Counted from the first letter of the stretch, positions 19,883 to 30,470 are shown. The stretch is DNA of 64,000 nucleotides from Patescibacteria group bacterium (GCA_025999275.1 AP024680.1:684522-748521), one strand, 5' to 3'. Made by a program: numbers and translations. The notes: generated by a model from the sequence alone, not told the origin.

Positions 19883-21028
19883 ATGCCCAATCAATATCCA
19901 AACCCATCAAATGAACCAACACAAGTAAGCGCAGATGAAATTGCTCTTAATTCTTCTGTTTCTATTAAACCACCAGATAGCGCATCTTTCAATCAAGAAC
20001 CACAAAACAACATCAACACCACTTCCTTTCCCCCACAAAATTCAGATAGCAATGGCAACAACAGCATAAAGAATAAAAAATCGCATACCAAAACAATTGT
20101 AGCTTCTATACTAGGAATTCTTTTACTTGCTGGTGGTGTTGGCGCTGGAACATTTTTGGTTAAACAAAGACAAGATATTAGAGAAAAAGCTGCACTACCC
20201 ACATGCGAACAAGAGGGAGGAAAATGTGTACCAGAATCCTATTATTGCACTGAAGGTAGTACAAGCGAATTTAGGTGTCCTACTGGTAAAAAATGTGGAT
20301 TCGGAGATTGTAGTCTACCCAAATCAACCCCTTCACCAATAAAAACAACAGAACCTAAACCAGAACCAACCAACCCGCCTTCGCTCTGCAACAGAGTTCC
20401 AACAAACCAAATAAGAAAAGAGTGGGGAAACACATTAACAATAACACAAGAAGATATCAATAAATGTAAAGCCGCCTGTCCAGATGGAGTAATCTGGGTA
20501 TCAAAATATAAGTGTGATGGTATAAACCTATCACAAGGATGCCAAGATAATGGAACCGTGCTAACATGGAACGCAAAAGCAGGTGACAGTTTTTCTGTTG
20601 GCACTTTAGATTGTGGCACAGTCCAAATAGATGCCGGGTGCAAAAATAGTGCAAACACTTATGGAAATGTTGCTTATCTTTCCACTTCTGCCAATGTGCC
20701 GTGTAATACCCCTGCCCCAACAAATCCTCCAATAGAAGAAACAACTCAGTGCTTAAACTTGAAAGTTTATGACACCAACTGGAACATTATCCCAAATAAC
20801 CTATTATCACAACTAAAACCTGGAGACAAAATCAGATTTGCCGCTAGTGGATCACCAGCAAACAAAATCGATAAAGCTAAATTTACAATAAATGGAGTTG
20901 AGACTCTCGAAATATCAAACAAAAAACCTGGTTCTGATGAATTCTATACTGAATACGAAATACCATCAGGTGTAAGAAGTTTCACAGTAACAGTAAAATT
21001 ACATCACATAACCTTGGGTTGGTTCTAA
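19883..21028 (+). CDS. Membrane-anchored Cys-rich surface protein
   Basis: Disordered N-terminus, TM, QDIREKA, Cys-rich domains, C-terminal Ig-like segment. Confidence 0.75.
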   Translation: MPNQYPNPSNEPTQVSADEIALNSSVSIKPPDSASFNQEPQNNINTTSFPPQNSDSNGNNSIKNKKSHTKTIVASILGILLLAGGVGAGTFLVKQRQDIREKAALPTCEQEGGKCVPESYYCTEGSTSEFRCPTGKKCGFGDCSLPKSTPSPIKTTEPKPEPTNPPSLCNRVPTNQIRKEWGNTLTITQEDINKCKAACPDGVIWVSKYKCDGINLSQGCQDNGTVLTWNAKAGDSFSVGTLDCGTVQIDAGCKNSANTYGNVAYLSTSANVPCNTPAPTNPPIEETTQCLNLKVYDTNWNIIPNNLLSQLKPGDKIRFAASGSPANKIDKAKFTINGVETLEISNKKPGSDEFYTEYEIPSGVRSFTVTVKLHHITLGWF

Positions 21029-21037
21029 CTTTTAAAG

Positions 21038-21547
21038 ATGGAAAAAAATAAAACAAAAATAACAATAGCAATAATTGGAATGCTTATATTGGCAAGTATT
21101 GCCATATTTATGGCAATAAGACTCTACCAATTAAGACAGTCTAGCGTCTCCCCAAATGCACCAGAAAGCAAACCAGAAGCAGCAGGCAACAATACAATTT
21201 CTTGCTCTACCCTCACATTTTCAATTTCAACACCCACCCCAACACCAACATCTACCCCAACCTTGACAAATACTCCAAGACCAACAAATTCTCCTACTCC
21301 CACAATAACACCAACTCCTACTTCAAGTGTTGTTCCCACAATAACACCAACTCCTACTTCAAGTATAAGACCCACAAACACTGCTACCCCAACTCCCACA
21401 AGAACACCAATCGTTCCAACTTCTATTAATCAACCAACTCCAACTCTAGAAGCCTCTCTCCCTGAAGCCGGAGTGTCTTGGCCAACTATCCTAGGTGTAG
21501 CTGGAGGTGCAATAATGCTGATTATATCATTGCTACTTGCCTTATAA
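21038..21547 (+). CDS. PT-rich surface protein with LPxAG sorting-like C-terminus
   Basis: N-terminal TM, TP repeats, LPEAG followed by a hydrophobic helix. Confidence 0.75.
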   Translation: MEKNKTKITIAIIGMLILASIAIFMAIRLYQLRQSSVSPNAPESKPEAAGNNTISCSTLTFSISTPTPTPTSTPTLTNTPRPTNSPTPTITPTPTSSVVPTITPTPTSSIRPTNTATPTPTRTPIVPTSINQPTPTLEASLPEAGVSWPTILGVAGGAIMLIISLLLAL

Positions 21548-21565
21548 GGGAGTATTTATTTTCTT

Positions 21566-22867
21566 TTAAGCAACTCTCTCCTTCAAAGCTTTATAGTACT
21601 TCTCTAAATAATCAAAAGCTAAATCCCAATGTTCCTCACCCATTCCAGAAAGAGCTTTGTTTCTCTCCATTTCAGCCAAAACTCGCAGATGAGCCGCCTT
21701 GTCAAATTGATATCTTGAGATTCTATATTCCTCAGCCAAAAGATCTTTAACCACATCTTCCGCCTCAACCGCACCAACAGGATCGGCAGTACTGTTAATC
21801 TTCTGCCATTTTTTAATTTGCAATGAAGTTACAAGATCAGGTTCAAAGGCAAGCTTTAAATTCTTTTTGATAAGTTTATAAAAGCGCTTTAAAGGTCTTT
21901 TTGCTGCCTCCCATTCATGTTTGTCCCCGCTTATCAAAGCTTCAACCAAATGTTTTGCCGCCTCTTTGGCTAATTTCTTAGAAATACCATATTGTTCTTT
22001 CAAGTATTCGATCACAAAATCACGAAATCTCATACCCTGTGGCACTTTTGAAAGCCTCCACCAAGAAAGTTCAAGTTTAGCAACTACTTCAGGCCGAAAG
22101 GTAAAATGACGCTCTTTGTCATTTCCCCCAAATCTTCTTCTGCGACGAGAATAATCAATAATTGCATCTTTTAGCTTTTCAGGAGTAAAATCTGGCAGAT
22201 GCTCCTGTTCAAAATAATATTCAGCATAAACCATCTGCCAGGGTAAATAACCGCTTGTTCTTTGCTCACCTGAAGTCCTAATAAACAAATCAGGATACGG
22301 ATAAGGCTGGTTTTTTGTATCAAGATAAGAGGCAAAAAGCTCCTCGTCTATTTCTTCAGGAGGAATCTTGTCAGAGACAATAGCCCTAACAGCGCGCAAT
22401 ATTTCATCTCTTCCTCCATAATCAAGAGCCAAATTCAATATATTTTTATCAAAATGAGCGGTTTCTTTTTCTATTTTTTCAAGAAGAGAGGCAACATCTT
22501 TAGGGAACCTATCTTTTCTTCCTAAATGGACTAGTCGAATCTTTTCCTCCTTAGCCTCCTTAAGAAACTCTTTCAAACCTATTCTAAGAATATCTAAAAT
22601 TGCATCAATTTCCTCTTTGGGGCGAGACCAATTTTCAGTAGAAAAAGCCCAAATAGTAAATGTATGAACGCCCATTTCGCGAGCAGCTTTGGCAACTCTT
22701 TTAATCGCCTCATAACCAGCCTTATGCCCTTCCCATGGCTTAAGACCACGACAGCGCGCCCAACGACGGTTCCCATCCAAAATCATTGCAATATGATCCG
22801 GAACTTTAGTACCCTTAGGCAAACTTAAATCAAATTTGTCTAATCCAATTTTCATCTTTAAAACCAC
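21566..22867 (-). CDS. uppS: Undecaprenyl diphosphate synthase with an extra ~185-aa C-terminal domain
   Basis: HIAMILDGNRRWA, AFSTENWSRP, LALDYGGRDEI, PDLFIRTSGEQRTSGYLPWQ, RRRFGG. Confidence 0.93.
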   Translation of the reverse strand: MVLKMKIGLDKFDLSLPKGTKVPDHIAMILDGNRRWARCRGLKPWEGHKAGYEAIKRVAKAAREMGVHTFTIWAFSTENWSRPKEEIDAILDILRIGLKEFLKEAKEEKIRLVHLGRKDRFPKDVASLLEKIEKETAHFDKNILNLALDYGGRDEILRAVRAIVSDKIPPEEIDEELFASYLDTKNQPYPYPDLFIRTSGEQRTSGYLPWQMVYAEYYFEQEHLPDFTPEKLKDAIIDYSRRRRRFGGNDKERHFTFRPEVVAKLELSWWRLSKVPQGMRFRDFVIEYLKEQYGISKKLAKEAAKHLVEALISGDKHEWEAAKRPLKRFYKLIKKNLKLAFEPDLVTSLQIKKWQKINSTADPVGAVEAEDVVKDLLAEEYRISRYQFDKAAHLRVLAEMERNKALSGMGEEHWDLAFDYLEKYYKALKERVA

Positions 22868-22931
22868 GCTAATAATTATAGCACGACAATAAAAAAGTTA
22901 TCTAAATAAAAACTTTACTGCGTAGAAAATT

Positions 22932-23924
22932 TTAATTGGGTAAGGAAACATTTATTTCCCAAGAAGGAATCCAAAGATCCTTGAAATCAATTCCCTCTTT
23001 AATTCCAACTGGATTTAGGCCCCTTTCAATAAGACCTTTAATAATTTTTTCAACAGCCAAAACATCACAATAACGCGTAGAGTGGCTAAGAACTATATCC
23101 CCATTTCTGGCACCTTTTACAACCCTAGAGACAGTTTTCTCAATCCCATCAAGACCGCCGCTTTCCAAACTCCAAATAACTGTTTGCATACCAAAGCAAG
23201 AGGCTACATCTACCACCATATTATTCCTACTCCCATACGGAGGTCTAAAAAAACGAACCTGATAGCCCGGCAAAATGTCCCAAGAAACCTCAAGAAAATG
23301 GCGAAGTTGCTCATAAACACCCTGTCTACCAAGCGAAGTCAACTCATCATGATTCCAACCATGACACCCTAAATCAAGACCTTTTGCCACAATCTCTCTG
23401 ACAATATCAGGATGCCTTTCTAACCACTCTCCTGTTATAAAAAAGGTGGCCTTAGCATTATATAGATTTAGTGCTTCCAATATCTGTCTAATGTTTTCTT
23501 CCTTTCCTCCATCATCATAAGTCAACATCACAACCGGCCGAGAAGTGTCACCTTTACTAATTACATGTTTTCTTAAAAATTCTTTATCCTCTTTGGTTAT
23601 AAGCGACAAATACTCATTAAGTGAATAACCTTCTAAACTAAAAATAAAATTCTGTTCGCTATTCTCAGAAGTTAAGTCTTTTGCTTCAATTGTTGTTTCT
23701 GTTGGAGTCAAAGTTTGTGTTGATGTTTTTGTGGGAGCAACTGTCGAGGTAGAAGTATTGTTAGGTTTAGGTGTTTCAGTAGAAATAGGATCACCTGTTT
23801 CAGCTGTTGAAGAAATTGATTCTAATGATTTATCAAGACCACAGGAAGCAGCACCCAAAGCAAGAAGTCCTAATCCCGCTTTTTTCAAGAATTCTCTTCT
23901 ACTAATTTTCCTTTCTGTACTCAC
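22932..23924 (-). CDS. Polysaccharide deacetylase (CE4/NodB) lipoprotein carrying the shared signal cassette
   Basis: LTYDDG, ATFFITG, HGWNH, FRPPYG, LSHS; GTG 23924 corresponds to the starts of the paralogous cassettes. Confidence 0.9.
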   Translation of the reverse strand: MSTERKISRREFLKKAGLGLLALGAASCGLDKSLESISSTAETGDPISTETPKPNNTSTSTVAPTKTSTQTLTPTETTIEAKDLTSENSEQNFIFSLEGYSLNEYLSLITKEDKEFLRKHVISKGDTSRPVVMLTYDDGGKEENIRQILEALNLYNAKATFFITGEWLERHPDIVREIVAKGLDLGCHGWNHDELTSLGRQGVYEQLRHFLEVSWDILPGYQVRFFRPPYGSRNNMVVDVASCFGMQTVIWSLESGGLDGIEKTVSRVVKGARNGDIVLSHSTRYCDVLAVEKIIKGLIERGLNPVGIKEGIDFKDLWIPSWEINVSLPN

Positions 23925-23963
23925 AGTAACTGGTATTATAGGATATTTATCAAATCCAATCAA
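23754..23963 (-). repeat. Promoter plus signal-peptide cassette, copy 1 of 3
   Basis: 23754-23940 appears identical to 33876-34062 and 35226-35412; TTGATT-17-TATAAT upstream of the GTG. Confidence 0.92.
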
Positions 23964-24001
23964 GAGGATGCAAAAGTTTTTTATAATAAATAATAAAGCC
24001 T

Positions 24002-24544
24002 CTACCTTCTCTCAAGGATTAAGACACAATTGTGGGTTATAAAACTACAACTACTATCTATGCAGGAACCTTCAAAAGCAAGTTTGTCTTTTCCATTACT
24101 ATTTTTTAAAAACTCTAAAACCTTTTCAAATAACTCTGTCCTTTGTATAAAATCCTTACCTTCAGGTAATTGATAACTAGAAAAGACAATATTTTCACAA
24201 GCTATATTACTATTAAAAATTTCTCCTTTTAAGTTCTCGGGAGAAATCACTCTTAAAGAAAGTGCAGTATTATCGTTCTGAACCCCCAAAATCTCAAATC
24301 TTAAAACATCGTCCATACCAATTTGATTCTCGGAAGATGGGGGCTGTGTACCTTGAGAATATTGAATGTTTTGAGAAGATTCTTCTTTTTTAACCAATTG
24401 AGTATTATTAGAGCTCTCCCCCTCACCCCTATTAGTTCCTAGTGAATTATTGTTCTTCTTTAGATTAAAATACAAAAACAACTCTCCCACCACAATCAAA
24501 AACAATGAAAAAAATAAAGCTATTAAAATAAAGTTTTTCTTCAT
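24002..24544 (-). CDS. Membrane-anchored protein, diverged paralog of 32403-32972
   Basis: N-terminal TM; shared I.C and F.G.C...C..I...C.L pattern. Confidence 0.75.
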   Translation of the reverse strand: MKKNFILIALFFSLFLIVVGELFLYFNLKKNNNSLGTNRGEGESSNNTQLVKKEESSQNIQYSQGTQPPSSENQIGMDDVLRFEILGVQNDNTALSLRVISPENLKGEIFNSNIACENIVFSSYQLPEGKDFIQRTELFEKVLEFLKNSNGKDKLAFEGSCIDSSCSFITHNCVLILERR

Positions 24545-24714
24545 TTACAATAAAGTTTAGTATTATAAATAATAATTTACAATGTTAATAGCCAAAATTG
24601 CAATAACTTCAAAGATAGATATCTTTCTTTTAAACCATCACCCTGCATAATTTCATATCTCAAAAAGACAATCGGAAAAAATCAAAATTAAAAACTTACA
24701 AATTTATATTCATT

Positions 24715-26318
24715 ATTTCCCTCTTCTTTAATAAAAGATTGTTTTAATTAATTTAATATAGGAGGAGTTGGTCCTGGAATAAAACCTCCTGGTGGTAGAG
24801 TTGGAGCTACGGGCACATCTGGAGGAAGAGTCGGTCTAGGAGTTGGTGTTGCTGGAGAAATTTCTTGGGGATTGGTTTCTCTCCAGTTGAACCTTCTTTC
24901 TTTAAGACTATTTGGTATTTGAAAAACAAAAGATGGATTAAAATTAAACACCTCAGATGGGTTGTTGTTGTCTGTAAGAGATCTTTGTAGTCTCACTCCT
25001 GAAAGAGAAACTACAGAACCATTAACATTAAGGGCAAAAGTATCCTGTCTTGAACCTAAAGTGCCTGTATTAAATGTTCCATTGGTTAGATAAATTCCTG
25101 ATATTGAAGAAACACTGGGGGAAATACTAATATTACCACTTGTTATAAACATTAAGAAATTGTTGCTGTTAACATTAATATTTGAATTTATGTTCAAATT
25201 TCCATCTACGAAGATTACATACCTTCCGCTTGAGATATTTATAGGACCATTGATAGTTAGACTACCTTGATTTAGACTATTCTTTTTGATTAGATACCAA
25301 GAATAGTTGTCACTGGTTGATATTGAGGGATTACCAAGATTGCTAAGAGAAGTTATGGATATATTACCTGATGTTACACCTACATTATTATTTTCCCAAT
25401 CATTTTTTACTCCTGATGGGACACGATTAAAGAAATAATTGTAATTAAAATTACTAAAAGATGAAATATCAGTATTAACAAGCCAACCGGTTTCAGAGAC
25501 TCTTCCAGCACCAAAAGAGAAAGATCCAGAATATACAGGAATACCAGGGGTAATAGCTCCTACTCTAAGATTAAAGTAGGTAGTTTGAGTGGGCAAAATA
25601 GATGAAATATTACCTCTTGTTATTACATCAGCGTTGTTAACCTGCCACCAAGAGCGAGGAATTATAGTTACATTCCCAGTTGCTTGACAGGTAAAACTAG
25701 GATTGGATGAAACAGTAGCAATTGCATTATATGTATAAGTACCTGTACCAGTTGTTGCTGTAACAGTAGTTGTAAAAGGAGATGTGGAAGTTGTTGAGGG
25801 ATTAAAGCTTAAAGCAGAAGAGTTGGAAGGAGTAAAAGATATTCTTGATATGTTCCCCACCAAATTAATTACTTGAGGAGGTGTCAAAATAGATGGCGTA
25901 ATTGTTCTAGAATCACCTAATCCATTAAGGGTTATGCTACCAACTGAAATTTGACAAGGTAAAAAGTAATGCCACCAAAGATCAGTATATCCATTAGCAG
26001 GAGAATTAACATTAACAGAAGAACCAACTGTAGGAGGATTACCATGACAATTGGTGGCGTTATAACATAAAGTATAACCTACAGCATATCCTGAAGGAAC
26101 TGAGACACTAACTGTATGATTTCCAACCACATTAGTACCAACAAAATAGTAAGGATTATTGGTATTAGGAGAACCGCCATCCAAATATACTGTTTGAGAG
26201 GAAGCCGGAGATGCAGCTGCATTACCAGGATAAATTACCTTGTAACCTTGAATGGTTGATGTTGGAGGAGGAGGTGTAGGTGTAGGGTCTGGTTGGCTTC
26301 CGCCTCCCCCACCACCAC
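24715..26318. repeat. ~1.6-kb direct repeat, copy 1 (offset 5756)
   Basis: 24715-26280 matches 30471-32036 apart from one synonymous difference that I noticed (T25783/C31539); similarity continues with indels to the poly-Gly linker. Confidence 0.95.
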
Positions 26319-26649
26319 AATCACAAGCAACAACTTGTGTATCACGAATATATCCATCACAACAAACCTGATTTTTATAACAACCGGGCGGCCTTACATT
26401 ATCATAATAAAGACATGGACCATTATCACACCAATTAGTACAACTATTGCTAACCGACCATGCACAAACGGGAGGGTCAACACTCCTATTACAAGTATAA
26501 GTACAATGACTATAACCATCACAACAAGATGCGCAATCGCTATAAGAAGAACAATAATAAGAGCATGCTGCTAAAGACAAAGAAGAAAAACTAAAAGAAA
26601 ATAAATAAAAACAAACAAATATGAGACAGAAATATAAAAACTTACGCAT
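24748..26649 (-). CDS. Secreted surface protein: Cys-rich variable tip plus constant stalk
   Basis: Signal peptide, 16-Cys domain, GGGGGGS/PT linker, Ig-like region, Asn/Ile-rich beta-helix-like region ending WRETNP. Confidence 0.85.
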   Translation of the reverse strand: MRKFLYFCLIFVCFYLFSFSFSSLSLAACSYYCSSYSDCASCCDGYSHCTYTCNRSVDPPVCAWSVSNSCTNWCDNGPCLYYDNVRPPGCYKNQVCCDGYIRDTQVVACDCGGGGGGSQPDPTPTPPPPTSTIQGYKVIYPGNAAASPASSQTVYLDGGSPNTNNPYYFVGTNVVGNHTVSVSVPSGYAVGYTLCYNATNCHGNPPTVGSSVNVNSPANGYTDLWWHYFLPCQISVGSITLNGLGDSRTITPSILTPPQVINLVGNISRISFTPSNSSALSFNPSTTSTSPFTTTVTATTGTGTYTYNAIATVSSNPSFTCQATGNVTIIPRSWWQVNNADVITRGNISSILPTQTTYFNLRVGAITPGIPVYSGSFSFGAGRVSETGWLVNTDISSFSNFNYNYFFNRVPSGVKNDWENNNVGVTSGNISITSLSNLGNPSISTSDNYSWYLIKKNSLNQGSLTINGPINISSGRYVIFVDGNLNINSNINVNSNNFLMFITSGNISISPSVSSISGIYLTNGTFNTGTLGSRQDTFALNVNGSVVSLSGVRLQRSLTDNNNPSEVFNFNPSFVFQIPNSLKERRFNWRETNPQEISPATPTPRPTLPPDVPVAPTLPPGGFIPGPTPPILN

Positions 26650-26706
26650 GAAAGTTGCAAGATCAGCTTATTACAAGAAAATTTTATAGTCAATAGTCAA
26701 ATGAAG

Positions 26707-28356
26707 CTAATTTTTGGGTTTAATATCTCTTTGACGAAAAGGATTCCAAGGAGAAATAAATGCTAAAAGCAGCTGATTTCCTAATTCTTCTGGAGCCTTA
26801 TTTTCATTAAACCATTGTTGACAAAGAGTTCTTCTTTTTTGCACCTCTTCTTCATTCCGGTAATGTGTATTTATCATATACCCTTCGTACCTATTATAAT
26901 CATACCAATTATATGTTTTTCCATTATAAGCTGGCGAAACACCAATTAAAGGGTCAATCCTAACTTTAAAATTAGCCAGGGCAGAAACCATATTTAAAAC
27001 AAAAGGATCTTCGTAATTCTCAAAAGCAAAATGCAATATTGAAATACTTTTGTCTGGATTAAGAAAAGCAACTCCATATACTAAAAGTCTTGTTTCAGAA
27101 TCTACATCAACAAAGGATAAAGATAGAAGTCTAAAAGGAACAGCTTCAGGGTGATCAAGAAAGTAATCAGATATAATAGGATCGCCTGTAACAGGATCAG
27201 GAAGAAGAGCATGGATCCCTTCTATAAAACTATAATCATAATAATCCATGAGGTTTGGGGGTATTGTAGATTCAGTAAAAGGAGGAATTTTACCCTCCTC
27301 CATTAATTGTCTTTCTCTTTTAAGAAGCCTGCCTGAGGTAATGTCTTCTAATGAAATTGTAGGGATTTCTTTAAGATGTTCACCGAGCCTCCAATTACCA
27401 GATTCTATTCCACTGAAATTGTAAAATACTTCAAGAGGAACTTCTGTAGGAGTTGGTGTTTCTGTTGGTCTTGGTGTTGGAGTAAGTGTAGGAATGGGGG
27501 TAGGGATTTCAATAGTTACTGTTGGAGTAACGGTTGTAATATCTGGTGTAACAACTGCAGATGAAGCTTCTTGAGACTGGTTTTGATAAATAGTGGTTGA
27601 CTTTTCAACTATTGCAGGAGGTTGAGATAAAGGAACACATCCTGATAATACAGATGAAACAACTGAGGCTGCAAGAAGAACTCTTCGAGGATTTCTTTTT
27701 CCATCTTTTTCTTCCTCTGGTATTGCAAAATGAGCTATTCCTCTTCCTCCTTCTGTTGAAAGCTTTTCTCGATGAGAGACTATTTTATTTACTGCCCTTT
27801 GTAAATTGCATAATTCTCTTGACAAGGCTTGCGGGTCAACTTTTCTTTCTTGTTGATAACTTGATAAAAGTAAATTCAATATTCTAGAAACACCTTTTTT
27901 GTAATCAACTCTAATGATTCCCTCAATCTCTCCTAAATGCCTTTTGTCATCAGGATTATCACCCCAAGGTTTTCCATTCATTCCCTCAATTCCAACAACA
28001 CCAACAGTTAATTTTATTTTCTTTCCATCAACAATATTAGATTTAGATTTGTTAAATGATTCTAAAGCTCTACCAATTCTTCGCCCCAGAAGATAATCTA
28101 TTTCTTCTTTTGTGTAAACTTCATGAAGATAACTTGATCTTTCAGACTTAGTACTCCTTTTGGATTCAGCATCTTGATCTTCTTTGGGCAAACCCGCTAA
28201 ACCTCGAAGAAAAGGCTTTATTCTGCTTAAATCACCTCTTTTTTCTCCCCCTTGTTTTTCATTTTCAATTGAATTTAAGACATCAATAGCCCAATTGGAG
28301 ATTTCACTTGATCTTCCACCTGCTTCCAAACCATTTTTGATTAATTCTATTGACAT
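26707..28356 (-). CDS. Hypothetical protein with internal hydrophobic/lipobox-like segment and PT linker
   Basis: 549-aa ORF; RRVLLAASVVSSVLSGC near aa 223-240. Confidence 0.75.
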   Translation of the reverse strand: MSIELIKNGLEAGGRSSEISNWAIDVLNSIENEKQGGEKRGDLSRIKPFLRGLAGLPKEDQDAESKRSTKSERSSYLHEVYTKEEIDYLLGRRIGRALESFNKSKSNIVDGKKIKLTVGVVGIEGMNGKPWGDNPDDKRHLGEIEGIIRVDYKKGVSRILNLLLSSYQQERKVDPQALSRELCNLQRAVNKIVSHREKLSTEGGRGIAHFAIPEEEKDGKRNPRRVLLAASVVSSVLSGCVPLSQPPAIVEKSTTIYQNQSQEASSAVVTPDITTVTPTVTIEIPTPIPTLTPTPRPTETPTPTEVPLEVFYNFSGIESGNWRLGEHLKEIPTISLEDITSGRLLKRERQLMEEGKIPPFTESTIPPNLMDYYDYSFIEGIHALLPDPVTGDPIISDYFLDHPEAVPFRLLSLSFVDVDSETRLLVYGVAFLNPDKSISILHFAFENYEDPFVLNMVSALANFKVRIDPLIGVSPAYNGKTYNWYDYNRYEGYMINTHYRNEEEVQKRRTLCQQWFNENKAPEELGNQLLLAFISPWNPFRQRDIKPKN

Positions 28357-28491
28357 AGATTAAATAAAAGCAGTGTTTATATAGCTATTAGATACTATTA
28401 TAGGCTAATATTAAAAATTGTCAATACCGCCACAAGTATAATTAAACTATCAAAAGCAAACACCACTATTACTTATCCTTAATCACCAAAA

Positions 28492-29289
28492 TCAAAAAGA
28501 TATTTCAGTGCCAGTCTTGAAATTAGATTTTGTAATAGATTTATAGAGGTTGTCTTTGATTTTTCCGTTCATAATATAAACCTTTGTTCCTCCTTTGGCC
28601 ATCTTTAAACTTTCCACTACTTTATGTAACATTCCACCAGTTACATCCGTGTTCTCTGATCCAAAAATAGATTTTCTGAGAATAGGAAAATTTTTAGGAG
28701 TAATCCTTTTTATAACTTTCCCCTTTTCATCGTAAACACCATCAGTAACCCCGCATTGAATAACCTTCTTTACCCTGTATCCTTTTTCCTTAAATTTGCT
28801 AAATAAATTATCAAGAACCTCTTCTCCAGAATAAATACAACAACCATATTTATCATCCAAAATAACATCCCCAAAAACCACTGGAACAATACCCATCTCA
28901 ACGGCTTTAATAATAGGTTCTACAAAAATAGATTTAAGAGATTTAGCTTGCGCAAAAATAAAAGAAGATGGAACAAAAGAAAGGCAATTAATCCCTTTAT
29001 TCAAAAACACCTTATTAACTATCCTATTTATAGCAATCGCATCCTGCTCAACAAGGCACAAACCCCTAATCCCCCTTTTATCTTTTATTCCATCGGCTGT
29101 TTTATACTTACTGGCCAGGGTATGACCAAAAGAACCACTCCCATGAGACACAACCAAATGGAAACCAAGATCCAAAGACTTTTTAATTTCTAACGCCAAA
29201 CGGTTAATAACCCTAATACGAGGAGTATAAGGCTTGCTTTTATCTGTAATTAAACTACCGCCAAGTTTAATAAAAACTAAATCAAACAT
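28492..29289 (-). CDS. Isopentenyl phosphate kinase, archaeal type (amino-acid kinase family)
   Basis: IKLGGSLITDK, HGSGSFGH with the IPK-specific His, PVVFGDV, SGE, DVTGGMLHKV; adjacent to a prenyl synthase. Confidence 0.88.
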   Translation of the reverse strand: MFDLVFIKLGGSLITDKSKPYTPRIRVINRLALEIKKSLDLGFHLVVSHGSGSFGHTLASKYKTADGIKDKRGIRGLCLVEQDAIAINRIVNKVFLNKGINCLSFVPSSFIFAQAKSLKSIFVEPIIKAVEMGIVPVVFGDVILDDKYGCCIYSGEEVLDNLFSKFKEKGYRVKKVIQCGVTDGVYDEKGKVIKRITPKNFPILRKSIFGSENTDVTGGMLHKVVESLKMAKGGTKVYIMNGKIKDNLYKSITKSNFKTGTEISF

Positions 29290-29299
29290 AAAAGGTTGG

Positions 29300-30370
29300 C
29301 TAGTAAGAACGATTGGTAATAAAATCAACCAAGGTTAAAATGTAAGAACGATATGGTTCAAGGCGAATGAAGTCAAGATGCTGATCAAAATAATCCCTAG
29401 ATTTTTGTTTCCACTTTAAGGCGAGATCTTTTGCATAATCAATTGCACCATATTCTTTCATCATTTTCACAACCCATAGAACCTCATCTTCAGTTTTTTC
29501 CTCCCTACTTTTTCTCAAAATAGAAATAAGTTTCTTTTTATCGCTCAACGAAGCTTTTTTCAAAAGATACCCTAAAATAACTGTAACTTTCCCCTCATAA
29601 ACATCTCCTGCAAATTCCTTTCTACCACCAAAATCACTTGTAACATCAAGAATATCATCTGTTAACTGAAACGCACGCCCTAGATAAACACCAAACTTAG
29701 CCAATTTATCAAGCTGCTGATTATTACCATCGGCAATTATTGCCCCCAGTCTCATTGGGCAGGCAATTGTGTAATAAGAAGTCTTGCCATCAGCCACAAA
29801 ATACCAATCATTATCATCAAATTCCATCCTTTTATCTTTTGACCATCTTATCTCTGTCATCTGTCCTAAAGTCGTACGCATAAGCTGAGTGTAAAATTCA
29901 TTAAGGATCCTAAAAACCTTTTCTTCATCTAAAAATCTACGCGAATCAAAAAGCGCCCTCCACATGGCAACATGAAGCGCATCTCCTGCATTAACTGCCA
30001 AAGGGATGTTGTAAATTTTATGCAAAGAAGGAAACCCTCGCCTTTTAGGAGAATCATCTTCCAAATCATCATGAATTAAAAGCCACTCCTCTGAAATCTG
30101 CATAGCCGAAGCTACAGGAACAACATCTTCAAGTTTAGCTCCCATCGCCTGAGCAGTTAGAGATAAAAGTGTAGGCCTCAGGTACTTTCCTTTTCTTTTA
30201 GGATACTCAGAAATTATCTCCTGGAAAAAATTTTTTTCACTATCATATTTACTCGGAATCTTAAATGATGACGGAAACATAGGAGTTTTTAGATATCTCA
30301 AAACTCTTGGGTAAATAAAGTCACGATAGTAAGAAAGAATCCCCTCAGCAGATTTTAGCTCTTTCGCCAT
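29300..30370 (-). CDS. Trans-polyprenyl diphosphate synthase (IdsA/GGPPS-like)
   Basis: GKYLRP, LIHDDLEDDSPKRRG, AVNAGD, GQ, KT, AFQLTDDILD, DVYEGKVT. Confidence 0.93.
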   Translation of the reverse strand: MAKELKSAEGILSYYRDFIYPRVLRYLKTPMFPSSFKIPSKYDSEKNFFQEIISEYPKRKGKYLRPTLLSLTAQAMGAKLEDVVPVASAMQISEEWLLIHDDLEDDSPKRRGFPSLHKIYNIPLAVNAGDALHVAMWRALFDSRRFLDEEKVFRILNEFYTQLMRTTLGQMTEIRWSKDKRMEFDDNDWYFVADGKTSYYTIACPMRLGAIIADGNNQQLDKLAKFGVYLGRAFQLTDDILDVTSDFGGRKEFAGDVYEGKVTVILGYLLKKASLSDKKKLISILRKSREEKTEDEVLWVVKMMKEYGAIDYAKDLALKWKQKSRDYFDQHLDFIRLEPYRSYILTLVDFITNRSY

Positions 30371-30470
30371 TTTTAAATTATAAACACAAAAAATATATAA
30401 GGCAAGAAAAACTAAATATTTAATTTAGTAATTTTAAATTAACTTTAGATATCAAACACTTAAACCAAAA

